Origin: Leptolyngbyaceae cyanobacterium
GTDB taxonomy: Bacteria > Cyanobacteriota > Cyanobacteriia > Phormidesmidales > Phormidesmidaceae
Length of the DNA stretch: 64,000 nucleotides
Reading direction: 5' to 3'
Assembly: GCA_965263355.1 (NCBI GenBank)
Contig: CBDHHL010000014.1
Coordinates: 1-64,000 of the forward strand
Positions 18,801 through 28,298 of this stretch are shown here, one piece after another. How positions within the stretch are numbered: the first letter of the stretch is position 1; every line of letters begins with the position of its first letter. A model generated the notes under the pieces. That model saw only the letters and a program-made list of their open reading frames with translations. It made no database searches and was not told the DNA's origin. The position numbers and the translations under genes are program-made.

Positions 18801-20225
18801 CTACGCTACAGCGCAGGCTTCCCTTGACGAGAAGTTCTGCTTCGTTATTAACGCCTCATTAGAAACGCAAGTTAACGCCGTTTTAAGTGAGGCGCTATCC
18901 ATCCCCACTGTTAGCAAACCGATTCGCTTGATCAGTTTTCCAGAATTAACGTCTCTGGGAAGTGATTCACCGCAGCTATCGCAATCGTGCCATCGATCTT
19001 TTAGAGACTTTGGAACGCGGTTTAAGCAGTTCCAGCAGTGTTGCGATGTTCCACGCGGATCAATCTCGATTACTCGTTTACCAAGCTTGAAAGCAACCCA
19101 TTTTAAGACTTTGACAAACTGACCCAATGCAGCATCAGTCATCGATTTATTCAGCCCAGACTTAGCAGCTTGACCGTTAGGGATGAATTTCCCCTCTTCA
19201 GTTTTAGGTTTATTTCGTCTTATTAGATTCTTAAGCGATAAATCTTCGACGAATATCACTTCGCAATCGGAGAACAGTTTGTAAGCTGTTTTGTATTGCC
19301 AGTCAAGACGAGATCTAGCGATGTGAGTCTGGAGCTTAGCGATACGTTTTGCAAGAACCTTACGCGCCATAGAACCGTGAGGCTTCGATGCTTTTCTAGC
19401 TTGAAGTTTAGCGATCCGCTTCTCAAGTTTTCGATACCACCATGGGTTTTCTACTTGGATTCCGTCAGAACAAGACGCGAAAAATTCAACGCCTAGATCA
19501 ACACCTTTAGAGTTTATTTCAGTGGGATGAATCTCTACATCCACTACAGGCACTGATTTATCTTCGAGACTGAATGAAATAAAATAATCGTCAGTATCGC
19601 GCTTAATCGTAGCTGTCTTAACTGTGAAACCTTCAGGGATTTCTCTATGTTCGATGAAATCGAGAATACCGATTTTAGGTAACTCAACTTGACCTGAACC
19701 GATCAATTTAATTCCTTGAGGAAAACATATTGAACTGTAGTAAGGCTTACCTTTGAACTTAGGTTTACCTGATCTTTTACCGTTTTTATCGCCAAATACA
19801 AACCGATCAAACGCTTTTTTAAGGCGTTCAATACAATTTTGTAAGACTTGAGACGGCATTTCTTTGTATTCAGGAAATAGTTTTTTAGTATTTTTTAGAT
19901 CGTCTTTTTGAACGGTATACCAATCAACATATCCTTGTTGAATCAAAGAATACTCAGAACCTTTGTTTTTACCCTTAGATAAAATTTTCGATTCGGGAAT
20001 ATCACGATAAATCTCGTCAACAGGAACTATGAAGCTTGCTAGTGGACAAGCGTTAACAGGTGTTCGGGTGGCTTCATACCAGTTAAGGCGCTGCCCAAGC
20101 CTAAAATTCCATTGTCTACGACACAGTTCGATCCATTCGTCTATGGTTTTTTGTTGCCAAGACTCAAGACGTAATCTGTATTTTCTAGCAATTCTCATAA
20201 TTCTGTTGACTCGACCCATCGACAT
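18801..20225 (-). CDS. tnpB: RNA-guided endonuclease TnpB
   Basis: GVDLG, VEDL, CWNC/CDSC zinc ribbon, PRDVNS. Confidence 0.95.
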   Translation of the reverse strand: MSMGRVNRIMRIARKYRLRLESWQQKTIDEWIELCRRQWNFRLGQRLNWYEATRTPVNACPLASFIVPVDEIYRDIPESKILSKGKNKGSEYSLIQQGYVDWYTVQKDDLKNTKKLFPEYKEMPSQVLQNCIERLKKAFDRFVFGDKNGKRSGKPKFKGKPYYSSICFPQGIKLIGSGQVELPKIGILDFIEHREIPEGFTVKTATIKRDTDDYFISFSLEDKSVPVVDVEIHPTEINSKGVDLGVEFFASCSDGIQVENPWWYRKLEKRIAKLQARKASKPHGSMARKVLAKRIAKLQTHIARSRLDWQYKTAYKLFSDCEVIFVEDLSLKNLIRRNKPKTEEGKFIPNGQAAKSGLNKSMTDAALGQFVKVLKWVAFKLGKRVIEIDPRGTSQHCWNCLNRVPKSLKDRWHDCDSCGESLPRDVNSGKLIKRIGLLTVGMDSASLKTALTCVSNEALITKQNFSSREACAVA

Positions 20226-20261
20226 CTACTATGGTATACACGGTGATTAAAAAAGTCAAGC

Positions 20262-20708
20262 ATGAAACGTAAATATGTAGCAAGGTCTAGGGGTGTAAGT
20301 AATTTACACGGTCATTTGATAATTACGACAAAATATCGGTATAAGATCCTTACGGAACCTATGCTCAAGAGGTTGATAGAAATCCTCAAAGACTTATGTG
20401 AAAAATGGCAGTGTGAATTTATCGAGGCAAACGGTGAGCCAGATCACGTTCATTTGTTGTTCCGATACTTTCCGCAAATTGAGTTGTCAAAATTTATTGG
20501 AAACGTCAAAAGCGTTAGCAGCCGTAGATTACGGTCTGAGTTTCCAGAAATCGTTGAGCCCCGATATTGGAAAAAAGTTCTATGGAATGAAAGTTACGCT
20601 ATCGATGCTGTAACAAATGTTAAACTTGAAACTCTGATTAAATATGTTCAGACACAACCAACCGAAACGCTTCGCGAGGTTACAGAACGTTTCGGTTACG
20701 AGTTCTAA
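20262..20708 (+). CDS. tnpA: IS200/IS605 Y1 (HUH) transposase
   Basis: HLIITTKYR, DHVH, LWNESY, YVQTQ. Confidence 0.95.
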   Translation: MKRKYVARSRGVSNLHGHLIITTKYRYKILTEPMLKRLIEILKDLCEKWQCEFIEANGEPDHVHLLFRYFPQIELSKFIGNVKSVSSRRLRSEFPEIVEPRYWKKVLWNESYAIDAVTNVKLETLIKYVQTQPTETLREVTERFGYEF

Positions 20709-20825
20709 GAAGTCGGAGAATTCTACATCCAAACGTTAAGGCTATCGCTTATAACGCTGGGCTTACATCCCCCAAACCCCCTACCCTGCGAACTAAACTA
20801 CAAACATCGAAACAGACAACTACAC

Positions 20826-20860
20826 AAGCGCTTCAGGCCACCAAACCTGAAGCGCTTTTA
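20826..20860 (+). terminator. intrinsic terminator (probably the original primase terminator)
   Basis: AAGCGCTTCAGG...CCTGAAGCGCTT 12-bp stem followed by a T-rich tail. Confidence 0.7.
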
Positions 20861-20869
20861 CTTTGGCCA

Positions 20870-21670
20870 ATATCGACCGCTGCAACCAGTTCTAGAGCCA
20901 GCAAAACAAAACTGCCGCCGCTTTCCCCTCCCCCTTTCCTAGAACGAGGGGACCTAAGAAAAGCTTAGCGATGTATCAAATAGCACTAAATAGGCTGTCT
21001 TCATAAAACTCTGGTTGAGTGTGCCAGTTGATAGTGATTTATGGGTCTGATGGTAGTTAAGCCCAAAAAGCGATCAGTTTTTTCACAAAAATCATTAGTA
21101 AATTCCTAGGAATTTCACTAAAACTTGAATTTTGAAATCCTTTTATATCAATGGTTTCAGCGATTTTTTTATCGAAACGGCCATTTTTTGGCTCAAACTT
21201 TCTGTTTTCTATGGGAGTGCTCCTTATCTATGCCCTATTAGTCTCTATCTATTTCTAAAACAGAAAGTTTGAAATTGAAATATATAAAATATTAGAGTAT
21301 AGAAATAGCTGAAATGCATATACAGCAAGGGATACAGCCGATAAAAAGCGCTTGAAATAACTATGAAATAACTACTGAAAAGCAGTGGATTAATAGGTGA
21401 AACCCAGTGATTTTTTGAATGCTTTTTTGCAGAATCCAGGGGGTTAATGTCTGTTAAATAGAATCTAAGTTTTGCCCAAAAACTATAGTACTGATGCACT
21501 AAAGCTAAAAAGCGCTGAAACCCGCATTCTGTCGTTAAATTTGCTTTTTAGTGTGCCAGTTGTTCTAATTTTTGCTTTTAAAGGACCTCTTGCTGGCCTG
21601 TCAGTGGCGTTTATTTTTTGTCAAGTGTCTTTACAGGTGTGGTTGTGGTTGCTACTATTGTGGTTGTAGA
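20870..21670. other. putative replication origin (AT-rich non-coding region between primase and helicase)
   Basis: About 800 bp without a credible ORF; palindrome AAATTCCTAGGAATTT 21100-21115; AGTGTGCCAGTTG at 21018 and 21550; tandem TGAAATAACTA at 21353-21374. Confidence 0.5.
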
Positions 21671-21678
21671 GATTTTGG

Positions 21679-23490
21679 ATGATTTGTATGGGTAGCGAGT
21701 TGGTCGTTAGTCCTGTGAGAGCGACTAGTTCGCTTTCTTCTTTGCGTGTTGCTGATGAGAAAAAGGCTAAGACTGCCTTTGAGCGTTACTTTTCCGATCT
21801 AAAGCCTCAACAAGCTGTGATGGTTAGAGAGGTACTTGAATTTATTATTGACGGTCATCAATATATGGGACGTATTGATGGGCGTGCAGGAGTAGGCAAA
21901 AGCTATTGTGTGGGCCGTATCGTCCAAGCTTTGATCGATATGAGCGTTGTGCAAAACATAGTTGTTTGCGCCCCTACCCATCAGGCAGTAGCAGTAGCAG
22001 GGGGCTATCTAGGAGGTTTGAAGATACCGAAGGGTACGCTTCACCGGATGATGGGGCTTCGAGCGAAGCGGGTTAATTTTTTGCTTGCAGACCAACGTAA
22101 GCTTGATCTTTTAGTTTCCCAGGCTGATGACCTTAGTGAAGAAGAGGAAAAAGAGCTTAGAGACTTGCGTAGTAAGCAAATGGCTGCAAGTCAGCGGATG
22201 AAGCGGTTTGAACCTAGCGGCAAGATTCCAACTGAAATAGTTAACGCCGAGTTACTTATTGTGAGTGAATGCGGCATGGTTAGCCAACAGCTATGGGATT
22301 TGTTAGGCCGATTGCGTGACTTGCCAGGGATGCAAAAAAGAGATCCTAAGATTGGCCCCTTACAAATCTTATTTGAGGGTGACTTGGCACAGTTAGCCCC
22401 AGTTGGTGAGATAGAAAGCTTGACGGGCAAGGTTAAATCATTCTCCCCGCTTACAGAGCCTGTCAGATACGACGGGAAAATCCTTGAATATGCTCATATG
22501 GTCTTAAATTCTGACGACTATATGATGGCTCATTATCGCATCCCAGAAGATGATACGTTTTTGCGGATGTCTGAGCCAGAAGTATTGGATTCTGTTGGAG
22601 ATTTGCTTAAAGATGGTACTGATATTAGGTTCCTGGCATCCAGCAATAAACGAGTTGATGAGCTAAATGCCAAGGTTCGGTTTGCATTAAATGGAGAGGA
22701 GGGCTTGAAACGGTTCTACCCAGGGGATCGAATGCTAACCCGTACAGCAATTGAGCGTGGGAATTCTCCCCATTATTTAATTGCTAGTGGTGGCATGAAC
22801 TCGGTCATCCAGATAGGCACTAGTACATTGCTCAATTTGAAAGACCAGATTAAGCCTGGTGATTGGGCTTGCTTAGGGTGGAAGTTTGGTGAGCCTTTAT
22901 CTTTTGAACAAGCCATCAAAGGGACTGATAAAGAGGTACCTGTGGTTGAAAACTTGTTCCAATACACGTCAGTCCTAGGCACAACATATCATCGGCAATT
23001 GTTTACATATTCTATGGCTGGTGAAAGTAACGCAGCTGTAGGCGTTGTAATGCTGCTAGATCCTATCCAAAAAACTCAATACGATGAAGAGGTTGCCTTA
23101 CTTTATAAACTGGCTCAATCATCGCATTCAAGTAGTAATAAAACCACTAGAGGCAGTAACGGCAAATACTCACAGCAAGTATTTGACCGTCTAAGGATGA
23201 AAAATTGGTTCAAGTGGGTTGATGGGTCTGACATTTCGGAATTTCAGTTCAAAGAGATCCGAAAGCAACTATGGAAAGATTATTTTGCCATTTATGATTT
23301 TGTAGACGACATCACCCTGGCTTTCGCTAGTACAGTTCATAAAATCCAGGGCGGATCAGCTGAGTGCATTGTGATTGACGGTAAGACGATACTGCAAAAC
23401 CGTCGTTATAAAGATGACACTTGGGATTCTAAAAAAGTTTTGTATACAGCAGCTACCAGGGCAAGAGAGCAACTGGTTTTCATGCTGTAG
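21679..23490 (+). CDS. Dda/RecD-like superfamily 1B helicase
   Basis: GRAGVGKS, APTHQA, GDLAQLAPV, STVHKIQG, YTAATRA; Walker B reads IVSE. Confidence 0.88.
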   Translation: MICMGSELVVSPVRATSSLSSLRVADEKKAKTAFERYFSDLKPQQAVMVREVLEFIIDGHQYMGRIDGRAGVGKSYCVGRIVQALIDMSVVQNIVVCAPTHQAVAVAGGYLGGLKIPKGTLHRMMGLRAKRVNFLLADQRKLDLLVSQADDLSEEEEKELRDLRSKQMAASQRMKRFEPSGKIPTEIVNAELLIVSECGMVSQQLWDLLGRLRDLPGMQKRDPKIGPLQILFEGDLAQLAPVGEIESLTGKVKSFSPLTEPVRYDGKILEYAHMVLNSDDYMMAHYRIPEDDTFLRMSEPEVLDSVGDLLKDGTDIRFLASSNKRVDELNAKVRFALNGEEGLKRFYPGDRMLTRTAIERGNSPHYLIASGGMNSVIQIGTSTLLNLKDQIKPGDWACLGWKFGEPLSFEQAIKGTDKEVPVVENLFQYTSVLGTTYHRQLFTYSMAGESNAAVGVVMLLDPIQKTQYDEEVALLYKLAQSSHSSSNKTTRGSNGKYSQQVFDRLRMKNWFKWVDGSDISEFQFKEIRKQLWKDYFAIYDFVDDITLAFASTVHKIQGGSAECIVIDGKTILQNRRYKDDTWDSKKVLYTAATRAREQLVFML

Positions 23491-23549
23491 CAAAAATCAC
23501 GGTGCATCAATTTAAGTAATTCAAATCAAACAAGAAAAGGCTAAAAGCT

Positions 23550-24374
23550 ATGACCATAAACACTTCCAACGACAATAACAATTCCAATATCGTTCGCAGC
23601 TTCAACCAGATTGATATCTGGCAAAAGCGACAAGATGGTTATATCAATCTCAATCAGATGGCTAATGCTACCGGCAAGCGGATTGATCATTGGCTAGAAA
23701 ATAAATCAACTAATGAACTTTTTCAAGCCTTTAATGACAAGCAAGAACGTACGTACTTAAATACCCGGGATATTACATCCACTGAGGCGCAAGAGATTAA
23801 GCCACCTATTAGAACCATCCAAGGCCGTAATGGCTCTACATGGGCACACCCTGATATCGCCATCCAATTTGCCATGTGGTGCAGCCCAGAATTCGCACTG
23901 CAAGTTAGTGAATGGGTTCGTACTTATATGACTGAAGGCCGATTGGAGGCTGAAGAGTCGATCCCAGCTCATGAACTTAAGTTCATCAAGATGATTGAGC
24001 AAATCGAAGATGTGTTTCCAAAGGACTGCGCTCAATCTCGAGATCTTAAGCACCGAGCTGCACTAATTTGTTATCCAGAGTATGCCTGCGCTCAATTGAT
24101 TGCAGAAGATAATCGCAAAAAGTACCTTATCAAACGGAAGCGTGAATTACAGGCGCGTAGTGTTGAGAACTGGCTGGCTAGCTTAGCTTTGATTAGAAAC
24201 CAACAAAAACCAATTTCTAAATGGTATCAAAGCTATAAAGAATGGTGCCTAAAAGAGTTCGACATGGTTCCGTTGGCCATGTACAAGTGGAAAGCTTATT
24301 TGATTGATAATGAATTCGCTCAAGTTCTGAAAAAGACAGGTGCAGGCGTCCCACTAGAAATCTTTCCTGTGTAA
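23550..24374 (+). CDS. KilA-N domain protein with C-terminal winged helix paralogous to the primase C-terminus
   Basis: DGYINLNQMANATGKRIDHWL...TWAHPDIAIQFAMWCSPEFALQVSEW is KilA-N; C-terminus aligns with the primase tail. Confidence 0.9.
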   Translation: MTINTSNDNNNSNIVRSFNQIDIWQKRQDGYINLNQMANATGKRIDHWLENKSTNELFQAFNDKQERTYLNTRDITSTEAQEIKPPIRTIQGRNGSTWAHPDIAIQFAMWCSPEFALQVSEWVRTYMTEGRLEAEESIPAHELKFIKMIEQIEDVFPKDCAQSRDLKHRAALICYPEYACAQLIAEDNRKKYLIKRKRELQARSVENWLASLALIRNQQKPISKWYQSYKEWCLKEFDMVPLAMYKWKAYLIDNEFAQVLKKTGAGVPLEIFPV

Positions 24375-24398
24375 AAAGTAAGGTTAGGAACTAAAACT

Positions 24399-24803
24399 AT
24401 GTCACTAAGAAAAGGTCTTTACGATGTTTACGATCTTCATGAACAAAAAGATTACGAGCATGAAGGCTATTGCATTTTATTCCATCCCGATAATAGAGTT
24501 TTGCTGCTAAGTGTCCATGATGAGATTAAAGCTAGTTTTACTTTGCCAGTCAAAAGCAAAGATATTTCTTACTTGATTGAAAGCTTTAGTGAGCATTGCC
24601 CGCCCGATTCTAAAGGTGATTCCTATTTCTGTGTAGCTGAAGCTATTGCAGATATAGCAGGAAATAAGACTCAAAAGTTTGGCAATTGCGAATGTTGTGG
24701 GACTCGGCTGTTTAGGTATGGCGGATATTACGGCAGTGGGATGTGTGGCGTTTGTCATCAAGGTGATGCGGAGCTTTTAGAGGAAGTGGGGGCAACTTGG
24801 TAA
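24399..24803 (+). CDS. hypothetical protein with C-terminal CxxC zinc ribbon
   Basis: CECCG...CGVC; AGGA upstream. Confidence 0.6.
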   Translation: MSLRKGLYDVYDLHEQKDYEHEGYCILFHPDNRVLLLSVHDEIKASFTLPVKSKDISYLIESFSEHCPPDSKGDSYFCVAEAIADIAGNKTQKFGNCECCGTRLFRYGGYYGSGMCGVCHQGDAELLEEVGATW

Positions 24804-25198
24804 TGAAAATTTCAAAAAAAATACTTCAGTCTTCAATACTTAAAATCCCTAACCTGCGGGGGGTGAATGTAACCATTGGCGCTGATGCTGGGGTCGGTGG
24901 TGCTCCACCAATTGCGATATGGATTTATTGTGGAATAAATGGTTATTCGGGAAGCCCTGTCAAGGTCAGATTAAAGCTAGCAACGGGGGAGATCTTCTAT
25001 TACCAGCATTTGTACAGGAAAGATGATTCACCGCATACTCAAGAATCAATGATGAATTATGCAGCTGCTTGTCTTTTTTGTGGTGGATTAGAACCTGAAG
25101 ATATTTTGAACCTTGCTGAACAAGCTGGTCACGAAGTGCGTTTGCCCATAGATGAGATCATCTTTCCAGACTATCAAAAGCCATGCCTCACCAATTAG
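24803..25198 (+). CDS. hypothetical phage protein
   Basis: Coupled ORF in the replication operon. Confidence 0.55.
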   Translation: MKISKKILQSSILKIPNLRGVNVTIGADAGVGGAPPIAIWIYCGINGYSGSPVKVRLKLATGEIFYYQHLYRKDDSPHTQESMMNYAAACLFCGGLEPEDILNLAEQAGHEVRLPIDEIIFPDYQKPCLTN

Positions 25199-25542
25199 AA
25201 CTATCGTTAACTCGTCGTTCTAAAACCAAATGCACTGCCCCATCGGATGCCATCATCCCAGGCTTAGACGCTAGCTTATGCCGCTGTAATTATTGCCTAA
25301 CTCGTTCTGATGGCATTTGGTGGGTAGATGTCGACCAACGGCTTGACTGCCTCAATAAGAAAAAGCATAAAATCCCTTACTTAATTGAGGTATATCGTCG
25401 TCAAACCGTTAGTGTGGGCCACGACGACGATACAAAAGAAACAGAAGCTCAAAATGCGAAACGTAAACACGCACAATGGGCCGGTCAAAAATTCAAACAA
25501 ACTAATAAACCATGTCAACAACAACAATTACTAGACCAATAA
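25183..25542 (+). CDS. hypothetical basic protein
   Basis: Overlapping ORF in the replication operon. Confidence 0.5.
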   Translation: MPHQLELSLTRRSKTKCTAPSDAIIPGLDASLCRCNYCLTRSDGIWWVDVDQRLDCLNKKKHKIPYLIEVYRRQTVSVGHDDDTKETEAQNAKRKHAQWAGQKFKQTNKPCQQQQLLDQ

Positions 25543-27050
25543 CAGAACCAAAGTTCAGCTCTTATCCATATCCTAAGGAGGGGGCCACAAGTGCCGAATG
25601 GCGAGCTTGGCTAGAAGGAATGGTGGGGGATCTTTGGTATGACATCGCAGTTGAATTAACCCCCCTATTAAATAATGTGCAAGTTGAGCGATTCCCAGTT
25701 GAATTTATCCCGACATTTGACCAGGTGGGCGGCAGTGGTTGGGCTCGTCTTGATGGGGGTAGCTGGCAATGCATTTCCCCTGATGACCTGCCTGCAACCA
25801 TGGTTCTCGATGTTGAATCCATTGAATTGCAAGCATTCACGGCAAACGCTGATATAGATGCTTGGTTGCCCTGCCTATGCATTTGCTATGGGGCCGACGG
25901 TTACTGGTATGCGTGGCAAGAGCAAAATCCAATGTATCGCTGGACGGAAACTAAGCAGCGTACTATTCCGTTCCCAACTGGTTGCATCATAATCACTCAG
26001 AACGGCGCTGCCCATGACTCCCAATTTCTTAGTAGCTCTTATGCCGAGTATGGACCAGAGCGTTGTCTATTTATAGATGTGATGGCCCTGGCAATGCTTG
26101 TCAGAGGAGTTCACAAAGAACAGCGATCGCAGTATGAGAAGCACAAGGTTGCGATCGCTAATGGCAAGCCTGCGCCTGATTGGATAACCCAGGCATCCGA
26201 TATGGACTTGGCCAGTTTAGCTAGTGACGTGCTGGGAATTGAGATTTTGAAAATAGTTGGGGGGGAAGGGCCACAGACATTGTTTGAGTATTGCGCTCAA
26301 GATGTTTGGGTAACCCTTCGATTGTTTCAAGAACTATGGCCACTGGTTTCTAACATCTATTGCCCCAGTCCAGTGATTTTGTATGGCATGGCGGCAACGA
26401 CTGGGCTTAGATATCCGGTTGGCGATTGGCAAGAACTTGTTTCGTATATAGAAACTGAATATGAAAAAGCCAAAAAAATCAAGCCTAGCAAACGAGATTC
26501 TAATGATATTGCTCTAGTTAATTGGGGCAAATCACATTTGCGTACATTTCGCGATGGATATAGCGTTAACGGCATGACCAATATGGGCTTTAACCCTGCT
26601 CACGATGTATCAGGGATGCCAAAAAGCACTATTTGGAGTCATCACTGGATGATTCGGCAATTTTTAATTACTGGAGTTAGTGATCAGCCGACCACTAGTT
26701 ATATGCTGTTTGAGGCTAGGGTTCCGATGCCGACTATTCCAGGGAATGCATTAGCTAAGACATTAGCCAGCCAGCCGAACATTAAAACGCATTTTGCTAA
26801 GCCCCCTGAGCCAGTGAAAGCCAACAAAAAAGCTAAGGCTGATTGGCTGCAATTAAGGCCGTTAACCGATGCTATGCACGTCATGATCTGCCTGATTGAC
26901 TGCTTTTGTGAAGAGTACGAGATCGACGGATTTCTTGCAATCCCAGGACTAGAAACATTGTGGTACGCCGTCGACTCTGCTCAGGAAAAAGAGTTTCAAG
27001 AATGCATCGCTAAAGCTCAAAGTTTAATTTACAAATTAATGAGGGATTGA
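25512..27050 (+). CDS. DNA polymerase gamma-like (family A) protein: 3'-5' exonuclease motifs intact, polymerase domain degenerate
   Basis: VLDVE (ExoI), QNGAAHD (ExoII), FIDVMAL, YCAQDVW (ExoIII), CPSPVILYGM; C-terminal DAMHVMI...IDG without HDE. Confidence 0.8.
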   Translation: MSTTTITRPITEPKFSSYPYPKEGATSAEWRAWLEGMVGDLWYDIAVELTPLLNNVQVERFPVEFIPTFDQVGGSGWARLDGGSWQCISPDDLPATMVLDVESIELQAFTANADIDAWLPCLCICYGADGYWYAWQEQNPMYRWTETKQRTIPFPTGCIIITQNGAAHDSQFLSSSYAEYGPERCLFIDVMALAMLVRGVHKEQRSQYEKHKVAIANGKPAPDWITQASDMDLASLASDVLGIEILKIVGGEGPQTLFEYCAQDVWVTLRLFQELWPLVSNIYCPSPVILYGMAATTGLRYPVGDWQELVSYIETEYEKAKKIKPSKRDSNDIALVNWGKSHLRTFRDGYSVNGMTNMGFNPAHDVSGMPKSTIWSHHWMIRQFLITGVSDQPTTSYMLFEARVPMPTIPGNALAKTLASQPNIKTHFAKPPEPVKANKKAKADWLQLRPLTDAMHVMICLIDCFCEEYEIDGFLAIPGLETLWYAVDSAQEKEFQECIAKAQSLIYKLMRD

Positions 27051-27158
27051 TCGTGAAAACAAAAATAGGTCAGGCCATGTATTACGACGATGGCAAATAT
27101 TGGATTGATGATTATGGTCGAAAACGTCAAGCTACACCAGAAGAAATAGAGGAAACTT

Positions 27159-27437
27159 TTGCTCAAAATGAAATTCAATCTACACGGCAATATTGGTGAT
27201 TACGTCAATATTCTCGGTCACTACTACCTTGTATTTTCTCGCGCTGATGGGTTTATCTGGGCCGTATTTCCTGGTTATAGACCGTCAGCTTTGATGCAGG
27301 GGAACCCGTTAAGTAATAGTTGCAAAGCTTCTGAGTGCTCCTTTCCTGTCATCCCTGTCGGTTGGAGCGATGGCGGCCCTGCATTAATCCCAAGTACTTG
27401 GAAGCTGGATCAAAATAGTCCAAAAATATTTTTTTAA
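27159..27437 (+). CDS. hypothetical protein
   Basis: ORF coupled to the downstream exonuclease; start uncertain. Confidence 0.45.
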   Translation: MLKMKFNLHGNIGDYVNILGHYYLVFSRADGFIWAVFPGYRPSALMQGNPLSNSCKASECSFPVIPVGWSDGGPALIPSTWKLDQNSPKIFF

Positions 27438-28288
27438 TGATGAATAACCTAATTGTTGTTGATACGTCTGTGATCGCCTTCCAAATGTCGGCACAGATTG
27501 ACAAGGCAGGCCTAACCGAAACTAACGCTAAAGTTTACGCCTACATGGCGGCAGAATGGGTTAATTCACTAGGCTGGATTCCTGCATTGCAATCAACTGC
27601 TAAATGCGTTTGGGCAATTGACTCTAAGCCCTACTGGCGTAATCAGTTATTCCCCAATTACAAAGCAGACCGCAAACCTAAGCCCCCATCATTTCATACT
27701 GCGATGGAGGGCATGTTAAGCAGTAGTGCTTCTTTAATTGACATAAAATCACAAGAAGCCGACGACGTAGCCGCTGCTATTGTTCGGCTATGGCTAAATA
27801 GCAGCTCAGGATTAATCGATCAGATTTATCTGGCTACCGTTGATAGTGACTGGCTTGGGTTAGTCCAAGACCCTGATATTTTTTGGCTAAATACTCGCAA
27901 CCACCCTCCACGCGTTCGAAGCCGAGAAGAGATATTTAATTGGTTATGCAGCAAATGGAACCAGCAATCTAAGAAACGTCAGAAATGGTGGGCATTGCCT
28001 AGCTATCAATCATTTAGATGTGATGATGTTTGGCGATGGAAAATAGCAGTCGGCGATAAAGCCGATAACTTAAGCGATGGTTCAGCAAAATACTTAATTG
28101 ATTTACTGCGACCTCCTAAACAATTTGATATCCTAGAATCAAAGGAATCTGTAAATACTATTTACAGAGGAGTAAATTTAGCAAGTAAGCCTGATTTGAG
28201 CCTTGCTCATGAATGTAAGCAGGGCATGCTGTCACTAGGGGCACTTCCCCCTATCGAAATAATTAGTCTGAAAGTTTTAGTTTCATAG
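27437..28288 (+). CDS. 5'-3' flap exonuclease (T5 D15 / T4 RNase H / PolI N-terminal family)
   Basis: VVDTS, WRNQLFPNYKADR, QEADD, TVDSD, GDKADN. Confidence 0.9.
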   Translation: MMNNLIVVDTSVIAFQMSAQIDKAGLTETNAKVYAYMAAEWVNSLGWIPALQSTAKCVWAIDSKPYWRNQLFPNYKADRKPKPPSFHTAMEGMLSSSASLIDIKSQEADDVAAAIVRLWLNSSSGLIDQIYLATVDSDWLGLVQDPDIFWLNTRNHPPRVRSREEIFNWLCSKWNQQSKKRQKWWALPSYQSFRCDDVWRWKIAVGDKADNLSDGSAKYLIDLLRPPKQFDILESKESVNTIYRGVNLASKPDLSLAHECKQGMLSLGALPPIEIISLKVLVS

Positions 28289-28298
28289 TTTAACGGCC

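Larger units (their letters stand above)
18780..20792 (-). mobile_element. IS605-group element (divergent tnpA/tnpB); left boundary tentative (TAM probably TTAG)
   Basis: Right end ...GCGTCGGGAGGTATCAC ends at 18780; hairpin CCAAACGTTA...TAACGCTGG after tnpA; CTAA at 20793-20796 would restore the primase stop. Confidence 0.8.

Noticed and set aside
21245..21669. ORFs 21245-21499 (-) and 21472-21669 (+)
   Set aside because: Low-complexity translations of AT-rich or GT-skewed origin-like DNA with no recognisable motif
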